64,000 nt of DNA from a virus (lineage: Duplodnaviria > Caudoviricetes). A model generated the notes under the pieces. The model was not told the origin of the DNA. It saw only the letters and a program-made list of their open reading frames with translations, and searched no databases. The stretch is taken from positions 10,142-74,141 of the IMG/VR virus record IMGVR_UViG_3300025936_000020; one strand, 5' to 3'. The position numbers and the translations under genes were made by a program. This document shows, piece by piece, positions 45,001-54,313 of this stretch. Position 1 is the stretch's first letter, and every line of letters begins with the position of its first letter.

Positions 45001-48000
45001 GGCACGGCAGGCTCCTTGACCATCGTCTGGAACTCGCGCACAGCCGGGATCTTCTCAGCCCCGCCGCTCAGTTTGATCAGGCGCTGGTCGTAGCCGTACT
45101 GGCTCTTTACGGCCTTCATGTCCTCGGCCGTGATGACGTGGCCCCATCCGCCGATTCGGTCGCCTTCCCGATAAACGATCTGCCCGAAGTGCTGCATCGA
45201 ATCGATGATCGGCCCGGCCACTTCATCGCGCCATTGCCGCAGCGTCTTGACGTCGTCCTTCAATCCGTTAGTGTGCGAGCGCAGGGCGATCAGGTTGTCG
45301 TTGAGCATCCGGTTCCTGAACACGCGCGCGATCTCGTATTCGGTTTTGACCGCGGAGGCAAAAGCCCCAAGGGCGCGGGTGGTTTGCGCCGGAAGGATTC
45401 CCGGGATCTTGGACAGGTTGCTTTCCACCAGCAGGAAGTATTTCAGCTTGGTGATTTCCTTGATCGGATCGAAAATCGGGTCCTTCAGGATGTCGAAGTT
45501 CGGGTTCAACGCCATCAGCGGGTGATACAAGTTCTCCTCAAAATGCCGCCACCATGCCGCCTTGAGCGGATCTGCGTCTGGACGATTACCGTACTCCAGA
45601 CCTGCCTCGGCCAACTGTGCCATCATCTTCAGCGTTTCCTGGCTTTCACCCTTTTCAAATCCGAGATTCAACCTGACTTCGTTCCCGGTCAGCGGATGCT
45701 TCAGCTTCACGATCCATCCGTCATCGGTTCGCTCCATGCCAGATATCGCGCCAGTCGTCTCCTGCATGGCCTTCTCGAAATCCTTGAGGGTTGGGTCGGT
45801 GGCATGCTGGTTGATGAACTCCACGCCTTGTTGCAGGTTATTTCGGCGCTCCTCGAGATTGATTATCTTTCGGTTCAGACGATTGGAGGCGGAACGTAGC
45901 GCGTCGGCCTCGACCTGTGCCGTGGCATATTGCCTCAGGATGGAGTCAAAACCCCTCGGAACCCGGGCCCGAAGGTCGTTCAGGTATTCCGCGTTGAACC
46001 GGCGCAGCGTACCGTCGTCGGCCATGCGCGCTTCCAGGAGTTCTTGTTTCCAATCGCCGCACTGCCGAAGCATCCAGAGCGTTGCTTCGATGACGTCCTC
46101 GCTCGCCGCTATGACGTTGTCCCCGTCGGGATCGCGCATGCGGTCCAAGTGCCGAGCGAGCGCCCTCACCCATTCGGCCGGCGTCGCGAACACGCCGCCC
46201 TCGAATCCGCTGCGCGCGGATATGAGTTCTAGGACTTCTTCGCCGGGCCGTTCCTCGGTCAGGGCCCTTCTGCCGACAAGATCACTGATGTCGCGCAATG
46301 CGTGCGACATGCCCACGGGCGATCTCAGTAGATCATTGAGCGCATCCAGATGGTCAATCCCTTCACGTATGCGCTCATTGACCTGAGCGCCTTCTGCTGT
46401 CTTCTCACGCTCTTCCTTGATTTTATCCAAGACCTGTCCGAGGGAATTCGTAGCGCGCACCTCCGCCTCGTTCGTTTCCGGGATGGCTTCGATGGCGTCC
46501 AGAGTTAACTGCTCCAGCTTCCTGTTCGCCGTTGCCAGCCGGTTCTTTATCTTCTCCTCGTCGGCCTTGAAGCCCTGCCACTCCATGAGGGCATAGCGGG
46601 AATAATCGGATTTCTCCTCCGGTGTAAGGTCCGGGTTCCGCATGACTTCGCGGAACGATGGCCCGGCCTCTTCCTGGTGCGTGGCGATGCGGCCGCCGTA
46701 GAGATCCTTCAGTTCTTCGCGGACGCCCTCAGGCAAAGCTGCGAACCGACCAGCCGCCTCCGGGTTGATCAGGCCCTTGTTGAGCACGGACGCAATCTCA
46801 TGGAACTTCTCCGGCGTCTCGGTTTCCTCAAGCGGCTCCAGGAACTTTTCGATCTTCTCCGGCGACTCAAGCATCGCCTGTGGATCCCGGAGTTTTCCGT
46901 CGGGCGGCAGCACGTCGTAATTGCCCGACAAGATCTGCTTTCGCAAAGCGTCAGCCTGGGTGCGAAGACCCGGAACACTGCGCTTGATCGCTTCAATGAT
47001 GACGCGGATCAGCTCCTTCACCTTCGCAACGAAACCGTCCTGAGCTGCCATCGCATCCTTGGCCTGGCCCCAAACCCCGATGCGTTCCTGGTTCCAGCGC
47101 TCGGTCAGCATGTGCGCGAAATACTCTTCCACGCTGGAGTACCGATACAGCTCGCGGTTGATGCCTGCGTCAATGAACTGGCGAACGCTATATTCGGATG
47201 CGGCCAGTTTCTTCAGATCCTCAAGATCCTTTCCGGTGGCCGTCTTCATCTCGCTGGCAATGGCCTCGTCGCGCCAACGCTTCAGGTTGTTCAGATCCTC
47301 CTGCTTCAGCATTTCGAATAACGGATGGAAGAACTCATGCGCGCCGCTCAAGGGATCGCCGGTGCGGGTCATCTCGATGAGCTGCCGGGCCGTATCGTAG
47401 CGCGCGTCAAGGTTTCGCAGATAATCCACCAGCCTGAACCGGATCGGGCGCGCTGTGAAATACTGCATGACCGGCGAGTCCAGCATGGCCCTGAGCACGG
47501 CCTTGGATTCATCGGGAAGGCCGTTTCTTGGATCATCGACCAACCTTCTGGCATCTTGGAGGTTCGCCTCTTGCGGTCCGCGAGTCACAGAATCTTCAAA
47601 AAATTCACGCTGTAATGCGAGGTCTCCGAGCGCTTTTATTACCTCCTGTTCGTTCAGACCTTTGGCCTTTAACCAGGCCATGTAACGTTCCGGATTATCG
47701 ACACGATCAAATCCTGCGATTGGCACGTTGCCGCGCCCTTGAATTTTCACGGTCGGAATTAATGCGCCGCGCTCGCTCACTCCCCGCTGCAACTCATCCA
47801 TCACTGCCCTCGCGCCTGCAATGTTGTCTCTGGCATAGTCCTTAAGCGGATGGCGCGTCAAAAACCACGCTATGTCCTCGGGCTTATAACCGAGGATCGC
47901 GCCGTGCAGATATCCCCACGCTGGCATCAATTCCCGCGTGTATCTGGCGACGTTCAACAGGGCCATTCTACGCTTCGCTTCAGCGGCGTTCTCCGGCTTA

Positions 48001-50990
48001 TAGAAATAGACGTTGCCTTTACCGAATCTGTCCGTTCCTTTTTCAAGGACCAATCCCAACTCCTGCGCGAGTCTCAGCCCTTCTCGGGCGCCTACCTCTG
48101 TTCCCAATTCCACGTACCCGAAAATGCGTTCTCCATTGGCCACAGATTCAACGGCGGCTTCTGCGTGCGAAAGACCTTCAGGCGGTTCCGGGCCAAATGT
48201 TCCTTTCTTACCCAAAGCCTTTAGCTCGGCATCGGATAACTTCAGCAGATCGAAGAACGGAAGAAGTTCTCGCGCCAATTCTGGAGTCACGCCTCTGCCG
48301 ATCATTCCCTGCTCCCCAAACCCTCCCGGCGTCTCCTTCCTTACCCGAAGTTCATTGAGCATGAGATCGATCGCCTGGGCCTGTTTTTCAGGCGTTGTGA
48401 TGTTGCTTTTGGGATCGATCTGGAATTCTTTCTGGGCGGCGATCGCTGCTCGGACTCTGCCCCAAAATTCTTCGCTCAACTGTTCCGCCGGTTTGTCCAG
48501 AAGATCGTTGAACAGCTCCGGATGATCCTTCAGGAGGTTGTCAAAGGTCCGTTTGACGATGCCGGACATCCGGCTGATATAGCGCGGTTCGGCGGTTACG
48601 ATGTTGCCGACCGTTCCTTCTTCTCCAGCCGGCTGATCAAGGCTTACATTTCCGGTTACAGTCGTGCGCGGTCTCCCTGGCTGAGGCACGGTCCCGGCCG
48701 GTGTCTTGGTAGTAACGCCCCTGATCGTGTCGATGTCCCGGCTGGTGAAGTATTCGTTTTCACCGGAAGCGTTCCGGTTAGCAAACCTGCGCTCGTTGTT
48801 GGAGAGAAAGGCGAGGATTGCCCGCTTGTCGAACCACGCGCCCCCAGGAAGTTTGCCCCACGATCCAGTTGGAAGTTCTGATAACGGAATCCGGTACGAG
48901 TAATGTTTCCCGCGCAGGAAATTCAGGAACCCGGCGGACGCACCAGACGGATTGTAGAGCATCCGCGCGGGCTTGATGTCGCCACTGTGCGGTTGAGGAG
49001 CCGGATGACGCCGCATCCGTTCCAGAGGAAACTCAGGAAGATCGATGGCCTGGTTGTTTTTGACTTCCATCCTGGCCGCCTTGTTCTCGGCGAGTTCCCT
49101 GGCGAGACCGGTGTTGAAGATGAACTCGTCAACCGGCGTGTCCACGTTCTCGATCTCTCCCGGCAGAGCAGCATCGGCCGTTGTTTCCTTCTCGGTGAGT
49201 CGAGGAACTTTAGACGGCTTGGCCAGAGGCTTTGGCGGATACAGCGCGTTCAGCCGGGTGACGATGTAATCTGACGACGGGCCAATGAAGTATGTCACCC
49301 CTCCGGATCCATCCACCCTCCGGATCTTCAGCCTCCCGGTGGCCTGGTTGTAGGCGTTGCGCCACGGTTTGCCTCCGCCAACAGCGGGTTCGTAAACGTT
49401 TCCTTTCCAGATGATCTTCCCGTCCTGCGTCACGGTCAGGCGCAACTTGACGGGTTCGTTGGCCTCAACGATCCGGCCGTCACTCAGTTGAATGATCGGA
49501 CGCCCATTCTCGTCCTTGGTGTATTGCCCGACGTAACCGTAGAGCTCTACGATGTCGCCTTCCTTCGCTTCCGGGAGCGGGACCTGGACGACTTCTTCAC
49601 GGGCAACCCCGCCGCCTCGTGCGCCAGCTTCCGCGCCACCGACATCGGCGGGCACTTTCCCCGCGCCTTCCGTCGTCCCTCCGGGCTGCTGCACAGTCCG
49701 AACAGGCCTTTCTGTTTCGATGTGTACGGCACTTGGAACCTCCGTTGTTGTTGGTGTCGGTTGCGTAATTCCAACCGGCGTTCGAACTTCCTCTTGAGCG
49801 AATTGGGCGGCAAGTCGGCGCAGTGGTGAAGCCGCTGGAATATCCCGCCTCAGCGCGCGCCTGAAGTCCCGTTCCAGAACTTCTCTTTGCGGTTCAGGAA
49901 TGGCGGGCGGGCCTGCTGGCCGAATCGGGATTACTCCAGCCCGCATAGCAGCCGCAGTGCGCTCCTCGGGAACCTCCAATGTCTGCAATGTTTCCCGAAG
50001 GTTCCTGAAATTGACCTTCTGCAGCTCCCGCTTCAGCCGATCTGTCTCGATCAGGATGTCGCGCTCGTACTCGGCCGGGTGCCCGCGCGCATAGCCGATC
50101 ACCCTGGGCACAGCGAACAGGAGGATGTTGCCGACGTTCTCCGCTATGGCATCGGCGATCTGGTCGTCCTTTCCCTGCCTGACCATCTCTGCGTACTCGG
50201 GCAGGCTAATGACTTGGGTGGCGGCCTGCATGAGCGCCTGGTCGACGACCGTCTCGATGGCTTTCTGCGCGACTGGGCTTCCGGAAGCGCCAAGCTTATT
50301 GATCAAAGTCGCGGCCGTCGGCTTCACCCAGGTCCCGACCAGCGGGTACAGCGCGCCGATGGTCGCCGCCTTGAGAGCTTCATATTCGGACCCGGTGCGT
50401 TCGTAGGCTTCCGCTCCGAACAGGCCGGAATAAACGGCGGCAGGCGGCAGCTTCGTGACGCCGGAGATCACAGCTCCGGCTGCGAGCGTTGGGGCGGTTT
50501 TGACGGCCGAGATGCCTCCCCTGGTCAGGGCCGCGGAAACACCGGGAACCTGTTGAAGATCCCGCTCCAGAGGTGTCGGTTCGTATGTCGTGAGAGCGCT
50601 CCGGACGTTCTCGAGAGTCGGGGGCTGACCTGTTTCCGGATAGGCTGCTCCAAGGCCGATGTCCTCCACTGCGCCAGCGGCTACGTTGCCAAGACCGCGA
50701 AGCCCCCGGAAGAACGTGCCCAATGGATCAAACCGCATAACCAGGTCAGGAACGGCGGTTTGGGTGGCTAGGAGATTTTTCTGCTGCCAAAGATCCTGCC
50801 TGCGCTGATCCCTGGCTAAGGCCTCGTCGAAGTTGGCGCTGCGCCCGATCGCGTCAAGATCGATTGGGGCGGGAGGAGGCGGAGGTTCAGGAACACCGGT
50901 GAGCGAGGGTTCCTGGTCAGATCCAATCGCGGTCCCCTCGACGGTTCCAGCTAATCGCCCGATCCTCTCCAGGTCCAGGGTGTCTGGCAT
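41937..50990 (-). CDS. Giant (3017 aa) internal virion / DNA-ejection protein, large-polyvalent-protein-like
   Basis: Position after tail and small pilot genes; zincin motif AHEFFH...EEYFAH; helical C-terminal region with hydrophobic segments. Confidence 0.8.
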   Translation of the reverse strand: MPDTLDLERIGRLAGTVEGTAIGSDQEPSLTGVPEPPPPPAPIDLDAIGRSANFDEALARDQRRQDLWQQKNLLATQTAVPDLVMRFDPLGTFFRGLRGLGNVAAGAVEDIGLGAAYPETGQPPTLENVRSALTTYEPTPLERDLQQVPGVSAALTRGGISAVKTAPTLAAGAVISGVTKLPPAAVYSGLFGAEAYERTGSEYEALKAATIGALYPLVGTWVKPTAATLINKLGASGSPVAQKAIETVVDQALMQAATQVISLPEYAEMVRQGKDDQIADAIAENVGNILLFAVPRVIGYARGHPAEYERDILIETDRLKRELQKVNFRNLRETLQTLEVPEERTAAAMRAGVIPIRPAGPPAIPEPQREVLERDFRRALRRDIPAASPLRRLAAQFAQEEVRTPVGITQPTPTTTEVPSAVHIETERPVRTVQQPGGTTEGAGKVPADVGGAEAGARGGGVAREEVVQVPLPEAKEGDIVELYGYVGQYTKDENGRPIIQLSDGRIVEANEPVKLRLTVTQDGKIIWKGNVYEPAVGGGKPWRNAYNQATGRLKIRRVDGSGGVTYFIGPSSDYIVTRLNALYPPKPLAKPSKVPRLTEKETTADAALPGEIENVDTPVDEFIFNTGLARELAENKAARMEVKNNQAIDLPEFPLERMRRHPAPQPHSGDIKPARMLYNPSGASAGFLNFLRGKHYSYRIPLSELPTGSWGKLPGGAWFDKRAILAFLSNNERRFANRNASGENEYFTSRDIDTIRGVTTKTPAGTVPQPGRPRTTVTGNVSLDQPAGEEGTVGNIVTAEPRYISRMSGIVKRTFDNLLKDHPELFNDLLDKPAEQLSEEFWGRVRAAIAAQKEFQIDPKSNITTPEKQAQAIDLMLNELRVRKETPGGFGEQGMIGRGVTPELARELLPFFDLLKLSDAELKALGKKGTFGPEPPEGLSHAEAAVESVANGERIFGYVELGTEVGAREGLRLAQELGLVLEKGTDRFGKGNVYFYKPENAAEAKRRMALLNVARYTRELMPAWGYLHGAILGYKPEDIAWFLTRHPLKDYARDNIAGARAVMDELQRGVSERGALIPTVKIQGRGNVPIAGFDRVDNPERYMAWLKAKGLNEQEVIKALGDLALQREFFEDSVTRGPQEANLQDARRLVDDPRNGLPDESKAVLRAMLDSPVMQYFTARPIRFRLVDYLRNLDARYDTARQLIEMTRTGDPLSGAHEFFHPLFEMLKQEDLNNLKRWRDEAIASEMKTATGKDLEDLKKLAASEYSVRQFIDAGINRELYRYSSVEEYFAHMLTERWNQERIGVWGQAKDAMAAQDGFVAKVKELIRVIIEAIKRSVPGLRTQADALRKQILSGNYDVLPPDGKLRDPQAMLESPEKIEKFLEPLEETETPEKFHEIASVLNKGLINPEAAGRFAALPEGVREELKDLYGGRIATHQEEAGPSFREVMRNPDLTPEEKSDYSRYALMEWQGFKADEEKIKNRLATANRKLEQLTLDAIEAIPETNEAEVRATNSLGQVLDKIKEEREKTAEGAQVNERIREGIDHLDALNDLLRSPVGMSHALRDISDLVGRRALTEERPGEEVLELISARSGFEGGVFATPAEWVRALARHLDRMRDPDGDNVIAASEDVIEATLWMLRQCGDWKQELLEARMADDGTLRRFNAEYLNDLRARVPRGFDSILRQYATAQVEADALRSASNRLNRKIINLEERRNNLQQGVEFINQHATDPTLKDFEKAMQETTGAISGMERTDDGWIVKLKHPLTGNEVRLNLGFEKGESQETLKMMAQLAEAGLEYGNRPDADPLKAAWWRHFEENLYHPLMALNPNFDILKDPIFDPIKEITKLKYFLLVESNLSKIPGILPAQTTRALGAFASAVKTEYEIARVFRNRMLNDNLIALRSHTNGLKDDVKTLRQWRDEVAGPIIDSMQHFGQIVYREGDRIGGWGHVITAEDMKAVKSQYGYDQRLIKLSGGAEKIPAVREFQTMVKEPAVPGRKERSMDVLRLALSRGPGTTTRYLTDESRALPAQWKLAVERNNVDTFLNQNDNFIKLVLGHVLEDDRDYVMLGKGRFASDYKRIRQDEQELMANNQMPTNIQDLSQFVADLHNMHLGEMEMPATAGDVRRALIEEVSGYMRKMQEDNEKKETSARVGIVSYENEYTQARGGKVAPGSLYRYGITDPIDVIRKGNNALEPYVVRVRDYLKLVENALLEEKRKLLGTLNEVYGNESVGTRMKAAKVVTEGIGEEGPSLLQRHQMTLEELNANIDRVGKLLGNFNDIIRRREEFYGDDLISQLAKPMFDASVGTVLLSPTTWIVNRASGEVTWAMKLAEVMRGGWLRAGPTLLKNHVKTFMRAVQRQFVPKTDRERIMKSLMTDAMEPVAEQFTGLLADIQDWEQMRRSGVIDAYDYKDALGWDRERPLLQNLRGSLDALRDIRAEPNLSLRSEIFGRLGMLPRGWAALWRKVGMRQVDNSINVQAIAISNSIADMLRKRAIRSFDARLESDPKFRQLYEQYGNNFKQFSLHLLGEHHLGIMLTPAELTGRYNPLNVRKAAVMIRRMFTRNNDPVDLVMLKYWWNQRNANGDRNAAFMTPGQRWALQFTLAEDANMATPNTRPTFFMGSRERQMLGVLSQWWLWNTDRMRDLYSKVRGQKTYAARYLPAVFGFLTATAVASLFGTTAGQKVNQALYNTLANTPGFWDAETDEERLKILTSISANYWGMIGSAIKMFTDTPGKLGYRNPVFLYNLATDLAGAAAKMWQSGDYTGPTLDLLARYNPALRAVINRLPGREGLVDLRNASNALRAATPDSLEARRRQPASGSDIRATPMTPLYNAILNAAMAGDWGTADEVFQRAVAQATALGIPNPEQAIVSAIRTRAPESAVFSRRLTDEERDLVYSRLKPAGREAVDKANSAFEELASRYGGGGGGAAGGARAAIAGAGGLRAGLPRSAALGGFIAGPGVVGLGGQGTLSLAPRPVRSSFRSRSLARGRRTRNLLRPVLARPRVGRRLRRLAL

Positions 50991-50994
50991 TCAA

Positions 50995-52119
50995 TCAGGG
51001 AATTGTTAATGGGCTGGTTGCAGCGCCGACCCTTGGAACATATCTTCCCCTGCCGGCTTTGACGAATTGATCGACCATCACCTGGTACGCGATTGCCTTC
51101 TGCCTGTCACCTCCCTGGACCATCGGAAGCTCGCGGACGATGATCGCTGAATCTTCTGGAAGGAGGAGCACGTCGCGGTTTGGACCGGCTGCATGACGGA
51201 CAGCGCGAACTCCGGGACTCAGATATTCGACCGAAGGCGTGGCAGGTGCGGCAGGTGCACCGGTCGTTGTTGTCGTCGGCGTGGCGGTTGCGCCGAACAC
51301 CGTCGGCATCGCACCGACCATAACGGCTTTGAACATATCTCCAACGCCGCTGCTTGAAGTCGTTGGAGCCGGAAGATCCCGGACAGTGATCGATTGGTCC
51401 TCCGGAAGAACACCAACCGGAGTGGGCACAGCATTTGTGGTCACGCCAAGAGCAGCCGGGTTGTTGGTCGGTATGACGAGATTACCAGATGCGTCCAGTT
51501 GGGCCGGTCTGAACGTCTTGGTCTTTGGGTCGGGAATGACGAGCTGAAGATCTTTGTCTTTGTCAGTAATCAACTTTCTGAGCACGCTGTTGTAGGTGTC
51601 CGTCTCTACCTTGAGCCGCTTCGGATTGTTCGGATCAGCCCATGTATCCTCGAGTTCCTTCATCGAGCCGGGCCAGAGGCCGTTGAACCACATTGATTTT
51701 CTGTCGGCCTCCTTTTGTGCGGCAAGATTAGTCTCCAAGGCAGAGTCGTACGCGGCCTTGTACCTGGCTGCGGCGGCTTGTGCCGCGGCGTTGACTGAGG
51801 AAATCCTGATTTTCTCCGGATCAGCTTCGTAAAGCTTGAGCTGCCGGTCGATCTGGCTCTGCCGGACTTTCTCGGCATCCTGTCTGGCCTCAAACTCCCG
51901 TTCCCTGAACAACCGGTTGTAGTCCTGATTCGCCCTGGCTTCTTCCAACTGCTCCTGGGCAAGCTGCGACTGAGCGCCGATCTGCGCCCGTGCTATGGAG
52001 CCTGCAGCAGCCCTGGCCGCCGCTTCACGATCCGCCTGGCGCTGCGCGAATTCGCGCGTGAACAGGGCGTCGATCGCCGGATGCGTGCTGGCGAAGGGTT
52101 GAATGTCGTAGGCTGCCAT
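50995..52119 (-). CDS. Putative internal virion (ejection) protein
   Basis: Ala/Gln-rich coiled N-terminus; position in the ejection cluster. Confidence 0.65.
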   Translation of the reverse strand: MAAYDIQPFASTHPAIDALFTREFAQRQADREAAARAAAGSIARAQIGAQSQLAQEQLEEARANQDYNRLFREREFEARQDAEKVRQSQIDRQLKLYEADPEKIRISSVNAAAQAAAARYKAAYDSALETNLAAQKEADRKSMWFNGLWPGSMKELEDTWADPNNPKRLKVETDTYNSVLRKLITDKDKDLQLVIPDPKTKTFRPAQLDASGNLVIPTNNPAALGVTTNAVPTPVGVLPEDQSITVRDLPAPTTSSSGVGDMFKAVMVGAMPTVFGATATPTTTTTGAPAAPATPSVEYLSPGVRAVRHAAGPNRDVLLLPEDSAIIVRELPMVQGGDRQKAIAYQVMVDQFVKAGRGRYVPRVGAATSPLTIP

Positions 52120-52122
52120 AGA

Positions 52123-53193
52123 TCAATTCCGCGCTGTTGGCGTCGGCGATGTCCACGGATTTTGGATTGTGTATGGGCTTCGGGTGCCGTACATCCTCGC
52201 AAAATAAGCGAGCATGTCTCCGTATCCCCCACCCCCACCTCCACCACCGACGTACGGCCTGCTGTCGTACTCGTAGCCTGGAATGCTCAAATCTTCAGCG
52301 TTGGCCCTGTCTGCCGCAGCAGACGACATCCACTTGCCGGCGCCCTTTGTTCCGGCAGGACCGCCTCCGGCAACGCCCATACCGCCCAGCATGCCGCTGC
52401 CGTACGCGCGCTCGTAGAGATCCAGGACGTCAGAGACTTCGTTGTAGATGCCGGACTGGACTTCGTTGAACCCGCGCGCGATGCGTTCCGCGCGGCCCGG
52501 CTGCCGGTAATACGCACGGTTGAGGTCCTCCTGGCCGGCCACGTCCTTGAGCAGGCCGAGATTCGCCGCGACATCCGATCGGGCCAGGCGGGTAGGTTCG
52601 AGATAACGCAAGGCCGGAATGTCCAACTGCCGGTACTGTTCGCCGCTGCCGATGATTCCGAGCCGGTTCAGGAGGTTCTGTTGTTCCAGATTCCCGGCCG
52701 TTCCGTAGGCGGCTGTCGAATATCCGAGAAGGTTCGGGACGGCCTGGGATGCCAATGCTTGGAGAGTACGGTCCTGGAGGAGTTGATCGTAAGTTCCGGT
52801 CCCCTGGTTGCCGTATCCGGCGCGCGCCTGAGCCGCCTTGCGTTGCCGAACCAATTCGTTCAGGGCAGGATTGATCAGAAAGTTTCCCAGCGCGTCCTGG
52901 TTCAGATGCAGAATGTCGGCGTAGGACTTGGTTGGGTCGTAAGCGCCGGTCGCGTACTGGTTCAGAAAGTTCAGGTTGCCGGAAGCGATCCGCCGGGCTT
53001 CAGGAGTATTCGCTGCGTAGGCGGCCAGGTAATCCGATTTGCCGGCAGGTGAAGCGCCGACATCGTACTCGTTCCAGATGTTGTTGAGCCTGGCCTGTCG
53101 CGACGGATCGACGGTCGTGTAGCGAATGTCCGGACGATCCGATCTGAAGGCGCCAGCGATTGCACCAGGGATGCTATTACCAGGCATGATCAA
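52123..53193 (-). CDS. Putative DNA transfer/pilot protein
   Basis: Gly/Ala/Gln/Asn-rich composition typical of podoviral pilot proteins. Confidence 0.65.
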   Translation of the reverse strand: MIMPGNSIPGAIAGAFRSDRPDIRYTTVDPSRQARLNNIWNEYDVGASPAGKSDYLAAYAANTPEARRIASGNLNFLNQYATGAYDPTKSYADILHLNQDALGNFLINPALNELVRQRKAAQARAGYGNQGTGTYDQLLQDRTLQALASQAVPNLLGYSTAAYGTAGNLEQQNLLNRLGIIGSGEQYRQLDIPALRYLEPTRLARSDVAANLGLLKDVAGQEDLNRAYYRQPGRAERIARGFNEVQSGIYNEVSDVLDLYERAYGSGMLGGMGVAGGGPAGTKGAGKWMSSAAADRANAEDLSIPGYEYDSRPYVGGGGGGGGYGDMLAYFARMYGTRSPYTIQNPWTSPTPTARN

Positions 53194-53196
53194 TCC

Positions 53197-53766
53197 TTAC
53201 GCTTTAAGTTGCGGTGCCGCAATGGGTTTTTTCACGAACCAAGACAGGCACTCGCAGAGGACCGGCTTCAAACTCTCCTTCTCGCAGAACTTCGTCACCG
53301 CAGTTTGGACCCCGCATTTGAAGTGCGGATCATCCCTGTCGTAATAATCGTGCCCTCCAAAGATCGCGCCTGGCTTCACTTTCGGCCACCAAAGGCGGAT
53401 GTCCCGGGTGATGTTTTCAAGGTTGTGATTGGCGTCCAGATACACGAAATCCAGCGATTCGGCGGCGAACATCCTGGAGGCCTGCTCGGAGGTTTCGCTT
53501 ATGAAGAACTTGTTCTGGTAGGGCTGGAGTCTTGCCACAGCCAGACGCCTGGCCTCCTCGTAATCGACCATGTTGGTGCAGTCGGTATAGACATCATCGG
53601 GCCACCGGACGTATGGATCGACCAGGAACAATCGGGCGCACTGCCATCGCTGAAGGATCTTTTCAGCGTTCTCCCCATAGAGCACCCCAATCTCTGCTCC
53701 GTCGCCATGCAGTTCCATTGAATTGAGCAGGTCACCGATCTGGTCCCGGTGCGTTATGTCCATCAT
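53197..53766 (-). CDS. Class I SAM methyltransferase (Methyltransf_24-like)
   Basis: GAEIGV..G, LVDPY, LDFVYLDANH, GAIFGGHDY. Confidence 0.85.
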   Translation of the reverse strand: MMDITHRDQIGDLLNSMELHGDGAEIGVLYGENAEKILQRWQCARLFLVDPYVRWPDDVYTDCTNMVDYEEARRLAVARLQPYQNKFFISETSEQASRMFAAESLDFVYLDANHNLENITRDIRLWWPKVKPGAIFGGHDYYDRDDPHFKCGVQTAVTKFCEKESLKPVLCECLSWFVKKPIAAPQLKA

Positions 53767-53984
53767 GGCGGAACGTCTCTGGCGGCCAGCAAAGCCTCGG
53801 CCAGAAGATTCTTCAGCCGGTCGTAGGACAGCTTCTGCCGCTCGTTGAAATCCAGCACGGCCTTCTGCATCTCCGGGAACCGCGCGAACGGCGTCACGTC
53901 AATGAGCGGGGCGTCTCCCAACGAAAGGCTTTTCAGCGCTTCGCTGCGGCGTGCGATTCGGACAACGTCAGCGGCGGTGGCCAT
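53763..53984 (-). CDS. Small hypothetical protein
   Basis: Coupled to neighbours. Confidence 0.55.
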   Translation of the reverse strand: MATAADVVRIARRSEALKSLSLGDAPLIDVTPFARFPEMQKAVLDFNERQKLSYDRLKNLLAEALLAARDVPP

Positions 53985-54154
53985 TAGTATCCTCCGCGTA
54001 TTCTACGGAGTCGGGGATTTTTTCTTTTGGCTGAGGCGCTGGCCTTCCGACCCGAAGAAGCCAAGATGGCTCCAGCGCGTTTGGTTGAGATTCCTTGCTT
54101 CTTGGCAATATCGGAGGCGACCGCCCTGAAACCGGGATGGGAGTTCTTTTTCAT
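53984..54154 (-). CDS. 56-aa basic phage protein
   Basis: Manual translation MKKNSHPGFRAVASDIAKKQGISTKRAGAILASSGRKASASAKRKNPRLRRIRGGY. Confidence 0.7.
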   Translation of the reverse strand: MKKNSHPGFRAVASDIAKKQGISTKRAGAILASSGRKASASAKRKNPRLRRIRGGY

Positions 54155-54160
54155 TCAGTC

Positions 54161-54189
54161 TTGACAGTGGGCCAATCGTACGATGAGAT
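54161..54189 (+). promoter_or_regulatory. Putative promoter of the RAMP cassette
   Basis: Perfect TTGACA, 17 nt, weak -10 TGAGAT. Confidence 0.4.
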
Positions 54190-54313
54190 CAAGCCACATC
54201 GTTTAAGGCCGATGATTCGAACAAACATACTTTGCTCCTTCGTCCGTCTGGGTCGGGTCTCCAGACTCCACCGCCTTAACTTTCGGGGGAAGGAGCGCTT
54301 TCAAGGTTGAGCT

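Noticed and set aside
42140-50771. Many plus-strand ORFs of 100-466 aa opposite the giant gene, and similar ones elsewhere
   Set aside because: Antisense shadow frames of GC-rich coding DNA, with no motifs or RBS.
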